Below, piece after piece: positions 36,229-54,330 of a DNA stretch of 64,000 nucleotides. The DNA comes from Octopus vulgaris (Eukaryota), in contig OX597815.1 of assembly GCA_951406725.2 (NCBI GenBank), forward strand, positions 7,130,001 through 7,194,000, written 5' to 3'. The notes beneath the pieces were generated by a model. The model saw only the letters and a program-made list of their open reading frames with translations. It ran no database searches and was not told the origin of the DNA. The position numbers and the translations under genes are program-made. Numbering within the stretch: the stretch's first letter is position 1; each line of letters begins with the position of its first letter.

Positions 36229-36835
36229 TCTCTCTATATATAAACGGCAGTTTGTCTGTCTGTGTGTCTGTCAGGTTGTACCCTGACCCTGACCACGACT
36301 TTCAACCGATTCTGATGAAACTTGACACACACATAGCCCAATGTCATAATTCAAAACTAACGCAGCGAAAATTTTGAAAAGTTCCCCCAGTTTTGAAAAA
36401 AATTGATAAATTCGACATGGGGTCGAGAATCTAAGCTTTTTATATGCAACACTTTTTCTGTTGTAGTTTTCGCAACTTGCAATCGATTTTCACCAAACTC
36501 ATGGTGAAGCTTAATGTTACCCTAAGAAACTTAATTCTGACGTTAGTTTTCCATGCAATACCTTACCATCAGAAAAAATCGATAAAATCATGCCATTTTG
36601 GGAAATCGCGTTCAAATTCAAGATGACATATTTTCGACAATATCTTTCACAAATTGGAAGGAATTTTTTTAAAATTCACAGCGAGCATCATGTCTGGTCC
36701 AAGGAGCTATATGGCCCTTTTTATTCCAATATGATACTTTATTACTGGAAAAATCGGTTCATTAAATCATATGTGCCACACATAGCAAACCGATTTGTGT
36801 ATTAAACACAAACCACAGACTGTCTAGGGGACGCA
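36229..36835 (+). mobile_element. Helitron-like non-autonomous element (third family; partial inverted copy at about 34610-34757)
   Basis: A|TCtctctatatataaacggcagtttgtctg start with accgattctgatgaaacttgacacac. 3' end uncertain. Confidence 0.5.
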
Positions 36836-37182
36836 GTTGGTTGGGTTGAATTATCGATAGCTGTTTGATAGTTATTTGGGAGTGAAGAGAAGACATTGCA
36901 ACCTACACATGCGCCTTCGTTCCCAATAGAGGGAAAGGACTAGATTGGGATTATTTCCTTATGTGTTGACGGATGGTTGAATTTTGTGTGTGTATACATA
37001 TATGTGGGGGGGGGGGGGGTATGTGTGTATATATAGCGGGGGGAGCATGTGCAGGCTTTCATATTACATGCAGCTTACGTCAGTTGTTCATGTATACAAA
37101 GTTGCATTAAATACACACATGTATGTATGCATGGAAAAATGTGTGTGTGTGAGTATAATATATATGTATGTGTGTGTGTATG

Positions 37183-37220
<38 letters not shown>

Positions 37221-37268
37221 TTCTTCTAATATTCATACGCATCTTTGAATATATGAATATATATCTAT

Positions 37269-37458
<190 letters not shown>

Positions 37459-37465
37459 TGTGTGT

Positions 37466-37508
<43 letters not shown>

Positions 37509-37514
37509 CAAAAT

Positions 37515-37713
37515 GTGACTTCTGGTGTACCGTTGGCGATTTTTTTCCTCTGTCTTCCCTTCTCTGGATCTTTCCTTCTCCTATGTTTCCGACGAAAAGC
37601 TCCGCTCGAAACGTTAAACCCTCCTTCTTTCCTTCTTTCCTGAGCGTCCAATAATACTATATTTGCTCCACGTCCTTGCGTTGTTGTGTTTTTTTGTGCT
37701 TTCCTTTTTGGAT

Positions 37714-37718
<5 letters not shown>
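37515..37718 (+). mobile_element. PLE pseudo-LTR-like fragment with variant hammerhead (37585-37619), embedded in (TA)n
   Basis: GUUU-CCGACGA-A-aAGC(ucc)GCUc-GAAA-CGUU/AAAC. Homologous to 60264-60470 on the - strand. Confidence 0.6.
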
Positions 37719-37774
<56 letters not shown>

Positions 37775-38389
37775 TTACAGATATAGGGTGAAATATAATT
37801 AATTTAATAAAATCAACAAATTTCACCTAGTAGTATTTCGGTATGGAAAAAGACCATATTCGGTGAAAAATTTGTATAATTATAATAATAAGGGTTTTTG
37901 CAACAAGTTGCTTGACCACATACCGAAAATTTTAGAAATAGCAGCCAAAGGACTACTATATAGTAGTAAGTTTGCCTTTTTATTATCTTCAAAAGTTTGT
38001 GTTTGGATAATATTCTTTATGTAAAAGTTGTGCAACAACTAATAAATACAAAATACATTCGGTTGTGCCAATTCTTTGCACGGGAAACCTGCCTTTGTGT
38101 GGCGTGTTTCCCCATTTTGTAAATTCGTCTTCGGCTTTCCTCGCCATTCTCTGCTTTGAGCATGCGACTTCAAAGCCATCAAGTCGATCTTCGAGAAGAA
38201 CGGTCGTCTCCTTGGCAACGCTTACGACGTGTGTTTTCCCTACCCTCCCCTTCCCCACTGCTTCATGAAGGAGGGAAAGAAGGGGAGGAGCAAGACAGGT
38301 GCAGGTGCGAGCATGGACGCCGACACACGAAGAATTGGAAGAAACCAGACGACAACTTCACAGTCAAACGACTACTACGGAAAACTCTG

Positions 38390-40497
38390 CCACGACGACG
38401 ACGACGACCACCACCACCATCACCACCACCACCACCACCACCACCACCACCACCACCGCCGCCACCACCACCACCACCACCACCATCGCCACCACCACCA
38501 CCACCACCACCACCACCATCACCACCATGACCATCACCACAACCATCACCACCACCATCGCCTCCACCATCACCACCACCATCGCCGCCACCACCATCAC
38601 CACCACCACCATCACCACCACCATCACCACCACCATCACCACCACCACCATCACCACCACCACCGCCGCCACCACCACCATAACCACCATCACCACCACC
38701 ATCACCACCACCATCACCACCACTATCACCACCACCATCGCCGCCACCACCACCACCACCACCACCATCACCATCACCACCACCATCACCACCAACATCG
38801 CCGCCACCATGACCACCACCATCGCCGCCACCACCACCACCACCACCATCACCACCATCACCACCACCATCACCACCACCATCGCCGCCACCACCACCAT
38901 AACCACCATCACCACCACCATCATCACCACCATCACCACCACCATCACCACCACCACCGCCGCCACCACCATCGCACCCACCACCACCACCACCATCACC
39001 ACCACCATCACCACCACCATCACCACCACCATCACCACCACCATCACCACCACCATCGCCGCCACCATCACCACCACCATCGCCGCCACCACCACCACCA
39101 CCACCGCCACCACCATCACCATCACCACCACCACCACTATCACCACCACCATCGCCGCCACCACCACCACCACCATCGCCGCCACCATCACCACCACCAT
39201 CACCACCACCATCGCCGCCACCATCACCACCACCATCGCCGCCACCACCACCATAACCACCATCACCACCACCATCACCACCACTATCACCACCACCATC
39301 ACCACCACCACCACCACCACCACCATCGCCACCACCATCACCACCACCATCACCACCACCAACGCCGCCACCACCACCATAACCACCATCACCACCACCA
39401 TCACCACCACCATCACCACCACCATCACCACCACCAACGCCGCCACCACCACCATAACCACCATCACCACCACCACCACCACCACCACCATCACCACCAC
39501 CATCACCACCACCATCACCACCACCATCACCACCACCATCACCACCACCATCGCCGCCACCACCACCATAACCACCATCACCACCACCATCACCACCACA
39601 ATCACCACCACTATCACCACCACCATCGCCGCCACAACCACCACCACCACCACCATCACCACCACCATCACCACCACCATCACCACCACCATCACCACCA
39701 CCATCGCCGCCACCATCACCACCACCATCGCCGCCACCACCCACCACCACCACCATCACCACCACCATCACCACCACCATCACCACCACCATCGCCGCCA
39801 CCATCACCCCCACCATCGCCGCCACCACCACCATAACCACCATCACCACCACCATCACCACCACCATCACCACCACCATCACCGCCACCACCACCACCAC
39901 CACCATCACCACCACCATCACCACCACCATCACCACCACCAACGCCGCCACCACCACCACCACCACCACCACCATCACCACCACCATCACCACCACCATC
40001 ACCACCACCATCACCACCACCAACGCCGCCACCACCACCATAACCACCATCACCACCACCATCACCGCCACCACCACCACCACCATCACCACCACCATCG
40101 CCGCCACCACCACCATAACCACTATCACCACCACCATCGCCGCCACCACCACCACCACCACCATCGCCACCACCATAACCACCACCATCACCACCACCAT
40201 CACCACCACCATCACCACCACCAACGCCGCCACCACCACCACCACCATCACCACCACCAACGCCGCCACCACCACCATAACCACCATCACCACCACCATC
40301 ACCACCACCATCACCACCACCATCACCACCACCAACGCCGCCACCACCACCACCACCACCACCACCACCACCACCACCACCACCACCACCACCACCACCA
40401 CCACCACCACCATCACCACCACCACCACCACCACCACCACCACCACCACCACCACCCACCACCACCACCATCACCCCCCCATAACCAACACCACCAA
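38390..40497. repeat. About 2.1-kb (ACC/ATC/GCC)n trinucleotide expansion
   Basis: Direct reading. Grows out of the short acgaccaccacc motif seen unexpanded in the sister units. Confidence 0.95.
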
Positions 40498-41520
40498 TTT
40501 CCCGCGTGTCGGCGTCCAGGCTCACACCTGCACCTGTGAAGCGTTGCCATGGAGACCACCGTTCTTCTCAAAAAATTCTAAACTTCGTATTCTTGTAGAA
40601 TCTGTCAAAATAAAACATTTTTTTCTCTTGGCTTTATTCAGAAAATTCTAGAGTTTCTAAGATATTTGCTGTTTTTCTTCTGCAATTTCAACTAATCAAT
40701 GGCGTCTATTGCGCAACAACCAATAAATACATTCGGTTGTGCCAATTCTTTGCACGGGAAACCTGCCTTTGTGTGGCGTGTTTCCCCATTTTCTAAATTC
40801 GTCTTCGGCTTTCCTCGCCATTCTCTGCTTTAAGCATGGCGACTTCGAAGCCATGAAGTCGTTCTTCGAGAAGAACGGTGGTCTCCTTGGCTACGCTTAC
40901 GACGTGTGTTTTCCCTACGCTCCCCCTCTCTACAGCTTCACGAGGGAGGGAAAGAAGGGGAGGAGCAAGACAGGTGCAGGTGTGAGCATGGACGCCGACA
41001 CACGAAGAATTGGAAGAAACCCAGACGACAGTTTCACAGTCAAACGACTACTACGGACAACTCTGCCACGACCACCACCAACTATGGCGAAAGAATGTAT
41101 CTGGTGGACGCGCCTGAATGGATTAGAGACAAATACTTTTCTCTCTGGTCAATCTCTCTTGAGCATAATCCTATGAACCCAGAAAAATTTAAAACAGAGG
41201 GTTACCTACTTGCAAATAAATGTGACATCATTGACCGAGGTTACCGTGGTCTTTTCCGTAGGCTTTTCTTCCCACGGATAAACCTTATCTGCTTCCTCCT
41301 TTACACCTTACATCATGACACTGTGATACACGATCCCTTTCGATCGTTTTCTTTTTTCTTTCTTTTGTTTCTTTTCTTTTTTTTTTCTTCTTTCCCTTTT
41401 ACGATCCCTTTTGATCGAAAACCTACCCCACCTTTTTATTTTTTTCCCCCCAAAAAGAAAAGGTCTCCTTTGTAATCTGTCCCGTCTGTGTGCAGCCCTG
41501 TGTGGCTAATAAAGAAACAA

Positions 41521-41576
<56 letters not shown>

Positions 41577-41583
41577 CTATTTA

Positions 41584-41650
<67 letters not shown>

Positions 41651-41689
41651 TATCTATCTATTTATCTCTCTCTCTCTCTATCTATCTAT

Positions 41690-41741
<52 letters not shown>

Positions 41742-42658
41742 ATCTATCTATCTATCAATCTAACTTATGGACGGAATATATTCACATCGGCATGCCTTTT
41801 TATTGCCTTCAAAAGTTTGTTTGGATAATATTTTTTATGTAAAAGTTGTGCAACAACTAATAAATACATTCGGTTGTGCAAATTCTTTGCACGGGAAACC
41901 TGCCTTTGTGTGGCGTGTTTCTCCATTTTGTAAATTCGTCTTCGGCTTTCCTCGCCATTCTCTGCTTTGAGCATGGCGACTTCAAAGCCATGAAGTCGTT
42001 CTTCGAGAAGAACGGTGGTCTCCTTGGCAACGCTTACGACGTGTGTTTTCCCTCCCCTCCCCTTCCCCACAGCTTCACGAGGGAGGGAAAGAAGGGGAGG
42101 AGCAAGACAGGTGCAGGTGCAAGGATGGACGCCGACACACGAAGAATTGGAAGAAACCAGACGACAGCTTCACAGTCAAACGACTACTACGGACAACTCT
42201 GCCACGACCACCACCAACTATGGCGAAAGAATGTATCTGGTGGATGCGCCTGAATGGATTAGAGACAAATACTTTTCTCTCTGGTCAATCTCTCTTGAGC
42301 ATAATCCTATGAACCCAGAAAAATTTAAAACAGAGGGTTACCTACTTGCAAATAAATGTGACATCATTGACCGAGGTTACCGTGGTCTTTTCCGTAGGCT
42401 TTTCTTCCCACGGATAAACCTTATCTGCTTCCCCCTTTACACTTTACATCATGACACTGTGATACACGATCCCTTTCGATCGTTTTCTTTTTTCTTTTTT
42501 CTTTCTTTTGTTTCTTTTCCTTTTTTTTCTTCTTTCCCTTTTACGATCCCTTTTGATCGAAAACCTACCCAACCTTTTTATTTTTTTCCCCCCAAAAAGA
42601 AAAGGTCTACTTTGTAATCTGTCCCGTCTGTGTACAGCCCTGTGTGGCTAATAAAGAA

Positions 42659-42690
<32 letters not shown>

Positions 42691-42716
42691 TTCTCTCTCT
42701 CTCTCAATCTATCTAT

Positions 42717-42762
<46 letters not shown>

Positions 42763-42771
42763 ATCTATTTA

Positions 42772-42902
<131 letters not shown>

Positions 42903-43380
42903 CTAACGTATGGACGGAATATATTCACATCGGCTCGTAGTAAGTTTGCCTTTTTATTGTCTTCAAAAGTTTGTGTTTGGATAATATTTTTTATGTAAAA
43001 GTTGTGCAACTACTAATAAATACAAAATACATTCGGTTGTGCCAATTCTTTGCACGGGAAACCTGCCTTTGTGTGGCGTGTTTCCCCATTTTGTAAATTC
43101 GTCTTCGGCTTTCCTAGCCATTCTCTGCTTTGAGCATGGCGACTTCAAAGCCATCAAGTCGTTCTTCGAGAAGAACGGTGGTCTCCTTGGCAACGCTTAA
43201 GACGTGTGTTTTCCCTCCCCTCCCCTTCCCCACAGCTTCACGAGGGAGGGAAAGAAGGGGAGGAGCAAGACAGGTGCAGGTGCGAGCACGGACGCCGACA
43301 CACGAAGAATTGGAAGAAACCAGACGACAGCTTCATAGTCAACCACTACTACGGACAACTCTGCCACGACCACCACCAAC

Positions 43381-43603
43381 TACGGCGAAAGAATGTATCT
43401 GGTGGACGCGTCTGAAAGGATTAGAGACAAACACTTTCCTCTCTGGTCAATCTCTCATCAACTTCTTCAAGTATCACTTGAAAAGGAAAGTGAGAGTAAA
43501 GAGGCAAGTTTTGTCTAGCGAATGTTTAAAAAAAAAAAGATGTGTGAATGTAGCAAGGATGGCACGTATGAATGACGAAGCCACCTTGAGCATGATCCTA
43601 TGA
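43381..43603 (+). pseudogene. Tx1/L1-like ORF2 C-terminal fragment
   Basis: AKECIWWTRLKGL...SLINFFKYHLKRKVRV...: K..IW..R motif typical of L1/Tx1 ORF2 C-termini. Sister units end in aataaagaaa. Confidence 0.65.
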
Positions 43604-43754
43604 ACGAAAAAAAGAAAGGAAAAAGAGACATTTACTGTAATGTGCTTTTTGTATGACATTCTTGCCCAAGGTTACCGTGGTGTTTCCGTAGGCTTTTCTT
43701 TTCACGGATAAACCTAATCTGTTTTCCCTTTTTACATTGACATTTCTGTGAATT

Positions 43755-43896
43755 TGGTTGGGTTCCGTCAACCAAATCCACTCACAAGGCTTTGGTCGGC
43801 CCGAGGCTAAAGTAGAAGATACTATACGCCGTGGTACTGAACCCGGAACCTTGTGGTTGGTAAGCAAGCTACTTACCACACAGCCACTCCTGCACC
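43755..43896 (-). mobile_element. SINE family B 5' fragment
   Basis: Reverse complement of the family B head. Confidence 0.7.
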
Positions 43897-43908
43897 TATA
43901 TATATAGA

Positions 43909-44298
43909 TATATATAAAGCTGAAGTTGTCTGTGTATGGCAGGTTTGGTAGCCTTCAACAAACACTATCTCCTCCGAGACCCTGCAACGCAAGTTGACCA
44001 AAATTGAGAGTATGATAGAAGACGGTTTGCTCTTCCTTCCGTAGAAGAAAAAATTCAAATCGGACCATGTTAACACCAAAAATTATTTACATAAAAAGGT
44101 GCTTATTTTTCTATGAAAATCCCTTTTTTTACGATATTTTGACTGCCGTGTATCGCCATTTTTCTGTGTATTTCAACCAAGGAAAATGTTCACTTAAAGA
44201 GAATAACAATCTACATAATGCAAAATTTTTACTTTTCAAAAATTCCAATTCTAAAGGGTTGAAAAACAAACCCGAGCAACGCCGGGCGATACTGCTAG
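43909..44298 (+). mobile_element. Non-autonomous Helitron
   Basis: Ends cccgagcaacgccgggcgatactgCTAG|T. The 5' end merges with (TA)n. Confidence 0.8.
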
Positions 44299-44304
44299 TA
44301 TTCT

Positions 44305-45150
44305 ATATTTGAAACAGCTTCTTGTAATGTTATTGCAGTAATGTATTAATCTGTTTTAGAATTTATTCTGCTCTTCTATCTAATCTACGGATCTTTCCCT
44401 TTTTTAATTGCTCAGTGGCTTTTGCTATTTCAGATATTTCACGTATAGTTACTTCTAGCTCCTCTTGCGGTTCAGGAATCATCAGAGAATTTCTTCCATT
44501 AAACGCTTTGACCATATCGTTATTTCCATATATCCATCTTTCTTAGATGTTTATATCAGATGTTATAAGTTCCCCATCAATACTGAACACAAAAACTCTT
44601 ATCGATTACTTTAATTTGCCAGTAATCTCATTTATTACTTTATAGACTTTTCTCATTCCTTTACTGTCTCCGCCATTGAGTAATTTATCTGCTTCATCAG
44701 CTCTCACTTCCAAGAAGCTTCTTTTATCTCCATCTGAACACCTTTTCACCTCTCTGTAGAGACTTCAATATTTAGTTATTTACACTTGAAAGTCCGTCTT
44801 ATTCCCTCTCCAATTTTCAACAATTCGTTTTTGTCCCTTTTGTGGCTCAATAACTTCCCATGTTTCATCCGAAATCCATTTCCTTCTTTTTATCTTTTCC
44901 CCTCCTTTGACTACTTTCTGGAAAACTTCTTTTACATTCTTCCAAGCGTCATTGATGTCTTCTCTTCATGTATTGCTTCGAGCACTTCAAATCGATTTCG
45001 ATATTCAATAAACAAATTCAGTTTTAATTCTATCATCTTTCCAACCTTTGTGTATCAAAGCGGGTAATCCATTCTCTTTTCTTTAGCCCTCGGCTTTAAC
45101 CGAATTGTCCCGATTGCTAACTGATGGCTTCATCTCGGATATATTGTAAA
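44305..45150 (-). pseudogene. Heavily decayed RTE-like LINE ORF fragment
   Basis: The - strand shows NRFEVL and EIAKATEQLKKGK..D..AE-like motifs from the EN-RT linker. Many stops. Confidence 0.55.
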
Positions 45151-45575
45151 ATCCGGCAGAGATGTTTTCTGTTGCCGATTTATCAAAATATGAAATATAT
45201 TTAACTGCGATATTTCTTCGTTTGAGATGGTTAAGAATATGTTTGTTTGAGTATCGTTATGTTTACAGAAAGTGAAACCCATGACGACGTTGCTGCTTGT
45301 GGCAGACGTTAATCAACCTTGCGTGATTTTCATTAGAATTTCAAAGCCCACATACATACATACATACACACACATACATGCATGCATACATATATATATA
45401 TACATACATACATTCATACATACATACATACATAAACACATACATACATACATACACACACACATACATGCATGCATACATATATATATATATATATATA
45501 CATACATACATACATACATACATACATACATACATACATACATACATACACACATACATACACACACACATACAT

Positions 45576-45663
<88 letters not shown>

Positions 45664-45962
45664 GTGTGTATTTTGTTTTCTATCAGACATTAATTTCAAG
45701 GAAGATAATGATTTCTTCGTAATTTTTGATGGGATTGAAATTTGAATTCAAAATGAAGGAATAAGGGTAAAGATGTACAGAATATGCGTGTTTAATTTGT
45801 TTTTCTTTTTGTTTCTTTCTTGATAGGTAATTCTTAAAATTTTTAGTCAATGGCGATCATGTGTCGCAATATTTCATTCCTTTTGGAAATCATCAACATG
45901 TACATTTGTTTGTTTATACTCCACCTGCCTTCGTCTTTTGTTTATTTTCGTAAACTTTCCCG

Positions 45963-46000
<38 letters not shown>

Positions 46001-46002
<2 letters not shown>

Positions 46003-46138
46003 TTTATTTAAAGCAGCAGAAAATTCAACAAAACCTGTTACTCTGAGTTTCCCGTTGCCGTTCATCGGACAGTTTTTGCGGCAACGGGAAACTCAAGTAA
46101 CATGTTTTGTTGAATTTTCTGCTGCTTTAAATAAAGTA
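46001..46138. repeat. Fold-back (about 60-bp arms) with hammerhead motif on the - strand (46035-46072)
   Basis: CUGU-CCGAUGA-A-CG(GCAA)CG-G-GAAA-CUC(A)GAG-UA/ACAG. Confidence 0.65.
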
Positions 46139-46205
46139 TATTACTCTACCACTGGTATTTGAGTACTCTTTTTTCCACCTTGTTTCACATTTATGTGTTT
46201 ACTCC

Positions 46206-46247
<42 letters not shown>

Positions 46248-46309
46248 CTGAACTATATTAATGAAAAATTTTATGAAGTGAAACATTTCTTATAGATATA
46301 TTCCAGGGG

Positions 46310-46401
<92 letters not shown>

Positions 46402-46404
<3 letters not shown>

Positions 46405-46662
46405 GACAATGTCCCACAATCCATTTGCAGTACCGATACTGATTTCAACATTTGGGACACTTGACTAATCTATAGAAGAAATCCACTCCATGGGTGTTAA
46501 AATCCGCAAGGTGCTGACATAAACTGGAAATCTCCACAGAAATAGTGATATGGACAGGCTCTGTCTAAGAAGAGAGAGAGGAGATAGAGGCTTGAGATCA
46601 ACACAGACAGCGTTCGAATGTCGTATGGTCTCTTTCAGACAGAACTTGCTAAACAGCAGCAG

Positions 46663-46665
<3 letters not shown>
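46402..46665 (+). pseudogene. RLE-type (R4/Dong-like) LINE RT C-terminal fragment
   Basis: HNPFAVPILISTFG...KIRKVLT*TGNLHRNSDMDRLCLRRERGDRGL (H..SD.DRLY..R..GGRGL motif). Confidence 0.7.
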
Positions 46666-46716
<51 letters not shown>

Positions 46717-46932
46717 CATTACCACTGGATATCCTTGTTGCTTATTTTGATTATAATCACCCCGTTTTGAATTATATGGATAATACCGTACTAAATTTTG
46801 GTGTCTTTAACTTAAGTACCATATTCATCTGAATCTAAATTTTACTGAACTTATCTACCATACCTGGTATATATATATATAGATACACACATACATATAT
46901 ATATAGATACACACATACATATATATATAGAT

Positions 46933-51368
<4,436 letters not shown>

Positions 51369-51404
51369 TATATAATCCCACTCGTGCGATACCCCACAAC
51401 TCAA

Positions 51405-51456
<52 letters not shown>

Positions 51457-51469
51457 CATACATACATAT

Positions 51470-51514
<45 letters not shown>

Positions 51515-51589
51515 AATATATGAATTTTTTGCGTAATGAGATAAAAAAAACCAAGGCTGTATAGATATCAGAGCATTTATAGATAGAAG

Positions 51590-51644
51590 GTCTTACAGCT
51601 GTTTCGAGAATATTAATTAATAATAATATCCTTTCATCGGAGAC
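51590..51644 (-). ncRNA. Minimal hammerhead ribozyme motif (CCGAUGA core)
   Basis: GUCU-CCGAUGA-[9-bp AU-rich stem II]-GAAA-CAGCUG-UA/AGAC. Palindromic ACAGCUGU stem III. Confidence 0.65.
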
Positions 51645-51826
51645 GGTGTGAGAGGAAAAATTAAGACATTGTTAGTTTCGATGTGATACAAAATAGAGAG
51701 TGAGGTGGAGGAAATAAATATATATATATATGTTATATTTGGGGATAGTCATGTTGCGAGTTTAGCCAATGAAAACACACGCATTACGTATTTGATGTTC
51801 ACTTTATTTCATATTAATTGTATTTC

Positions 51827-51870
51827 GACTAGAGTTCTTTCGTCACACTTCTGTGATCTCATCAGTGGTC
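51827..51870 (-). ncRNA. Hammerhead-like motif, canonical core, decayed stems
   Basis: GAcCA-CUGAUGA-G(a)UCAC...GUGAC-GAAA-G(aa)C-UC/UaGUC. Confidence 0.5.
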
Positions 51871-52249
51871 CTTTGCTTTCTTCTCTCTTTTTCTTTTTGT
51901 GTCTCTCCTTCCTAACGATCTGCCATTTTATATTCGCCTGTGTATATAATTAGAGGAAAAAAGTCGTCAGAATTTTGGAAAAAAATCCTTTTATTTCTAT
52001 ATTATTATTAGCGCTTTCGTTCCTTTCTAGAACTTATCAAATGCAATTGTGTTTGACGAGTTCAAGAGAGGAACGAAAGGCTAATAATAATGAAGAAACA
52101 AAAGGATAAGTTCCGGGGGGGGGGGGGGGATTTGCTCGACTAAAGTCTGTGCTCCAGCATGGTCGCAGTCAAACAACTGAAACAAGTAAAAAAAAAAAAA
52201 TTGTAATGGTATTTTTTGGTGACAGCATGGTAGCAGTAGCGGTTCAATA

Positions 52250-53420
52250 GTGATAGTGGTGGTGGTGGTGGTGGTGGTGGTGGTGGTGGCAGTACTAGTA
52301 CTGATAGTGGTGTAGGTGGTAAAATTGGTATGGTGGAGATATTGGTGGTGACGGTGGTGGGGATGGTGGTGGTGGCGGTGGTGGCGGTGGTGGTGGCGGT
52401 GGTGGCGGTGGCGGCGGTGGTGCTGGTGGCGGCGGCGGTGGTGCTGGTGGCGGCGGCGGTGGTGGTGATGGTGGTGGTGGTGGTGGTGGTGGTGGTGGTG
52501 GTTGTGGTGGTGGCGGCGGCGGCGATGGTGGTGGTGGTGGAGGTGGTGGCGGCGGTGGTGGTGGTGGTGGTGGTGGTGGTGGCGGTGGTGGTGGTGGTGG
52601 CGGTGGTGGTGGTGGGGATGGTAATAACGGAAGTGCTGGATGGGTGGCGGTGTGTATAGTTGCAATAATGTTTATGATGTTTGTGGTAGTGGTGGTGGTG
52701 GTAGTGGTGGTGGTGGTAGTGGTGGTGATGGTAGTCGCTGTGTTGCTGTCAGTGTTGTTGTATGGTGCAGTGGAGGTGATGGTAGTATGATGGTAACAAT
52801 GGTGATGGCGTTGTGGTTGTAGTAGCATTGGTATTCGCAAATGATATGATGATGGTGGTGGTGGTGGTTCTGGTATGGTAATGGTGGCAGTAGTGGTTAT
52901 AGTATGGTGATGGTTATAGTATGGTGATGGTTGTTGTTTCGTATGGTGAATGTAGTATAGTGGCAGTATTGGTTGTAGTTGTAGTGGTGTTTGTGGTTGT
53001 TTGTAGTGGCAGTGGTGCTGATAGTAGTGGTGGTAGTGATACAGAAGTGGATGTGGTCGTTGTGCTAGTACTGGTGGTGGTGATGGTGTGTTGTGTTGCT
53101 GTTGATGTTGGTGGTGGTGTTGGTGGTGGTGTTGGTGGTGGTAGTGATGGTGGTGTTGGTGGTGTGGTGATTGTGTGGTAGAGGTAGTGGCAATGGTGGG
53201 TGGTGGTGGTGGTGGTGGTGGTGGTGTGGTGATTGTGTGGTAGAGGTAGTGGCAATGGTGGGTGGTGGTGGTAGTTGTGTTATTGCTGATGGTGGTGGTG
53301 ATGGCGGTTTTGTGCGTAGTTGTGTTGGTACTAAAAGGTTGGTGAGATACTGGTGGTGGTAGTGGTGGTGGTGGTGGTGATAGTTGGTAGTGGTCGGGTT
53401 GGGGGGTGGTGGTGGAGGGT
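52250..53420. repeat. (GGT/GGC)n low-complexity tract
   Basis: Direct reading. Confidence 0.9.
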
Positions 53421-53569
53421 GGTGGAGAGTGGGGGGAAGGTTGAAGAACAAGAAAAATGAGTTCAATATTTGAAATCAGATCGGCAGGAGATCAGATCAG
53501 GCGAATAGGAAAAGCAAGACTTGTTATTTTTTCCTATTGATCAAAAGCCGACATCAAAGGATTCCTTTG

Positions 53570-53572
53570 CCG

Positions 53573-53613
<41 letters not shown>

Positions 53614-53818
53614 TACAAAAACAACAGCAACAACAACAACAACAACAACAACAGCAACGACAAATGATGTTAAAAGCCGCAGCAGCTGCTTCATCTACAG
53701 CAGCAGTATTTGATAAATAGAAATCACAAAAAAACAACCACAAAAACAACAACAACTACTACTACTACTACTACTACGACTACTACTGCTGCTGCTGCTG
53801 CTACTGCTGCTACTACTA

Positions 53819-53851
<33 letters not shown>

Positions 53852-54175
53852 ATGCTGATGATGATGATGCTGCGGTGATGGAAGCTCAGTAATAAGATAA
53901 ACATTGAAAATATATATACGGAATTTTTCGCTCAAATTAGAATAGAGTTAGAAGCACAGGTGTATGTGTATGTATGTATAATGTGTGTATATATGTGCTT
54001 GTGTATGTGTATGTATGTATAATGTGTGTATATATGTGCTTGTGTATGTGCATGCATGTATGTGCACGTGCGCGTGTGCATATAATACATGCACACATAT
54101 ACATACATATATATATATATTTACATACATACATATATATATATGTATATGTATATATATGTATATACACTGTAT

Positions 54176-54237
<62 letters not shown>

Positions 54238-54299
54238 GTATATGTATATGTATATATATACACATATATACATATATATATACGTATGAATATATACAC

Positions 54300-54330
<31 letters not shown>

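Noticed and set aside
36310-36322. CTGATGAAAC as a hammerhead core (also at 36068)
   Set aside because: No stem II between the core and GAAA and no stem I; it is part of a Helitron-like internal motif.
38229-40539. Poly-His/Thr/Gly/Val ORFs of 450-750 aa (mucin- or adhesive-like)
   Set aside because: An (ACC)n tract is stop-free in most frames on both strands, and the sister units show it is an expansion in a repeat.
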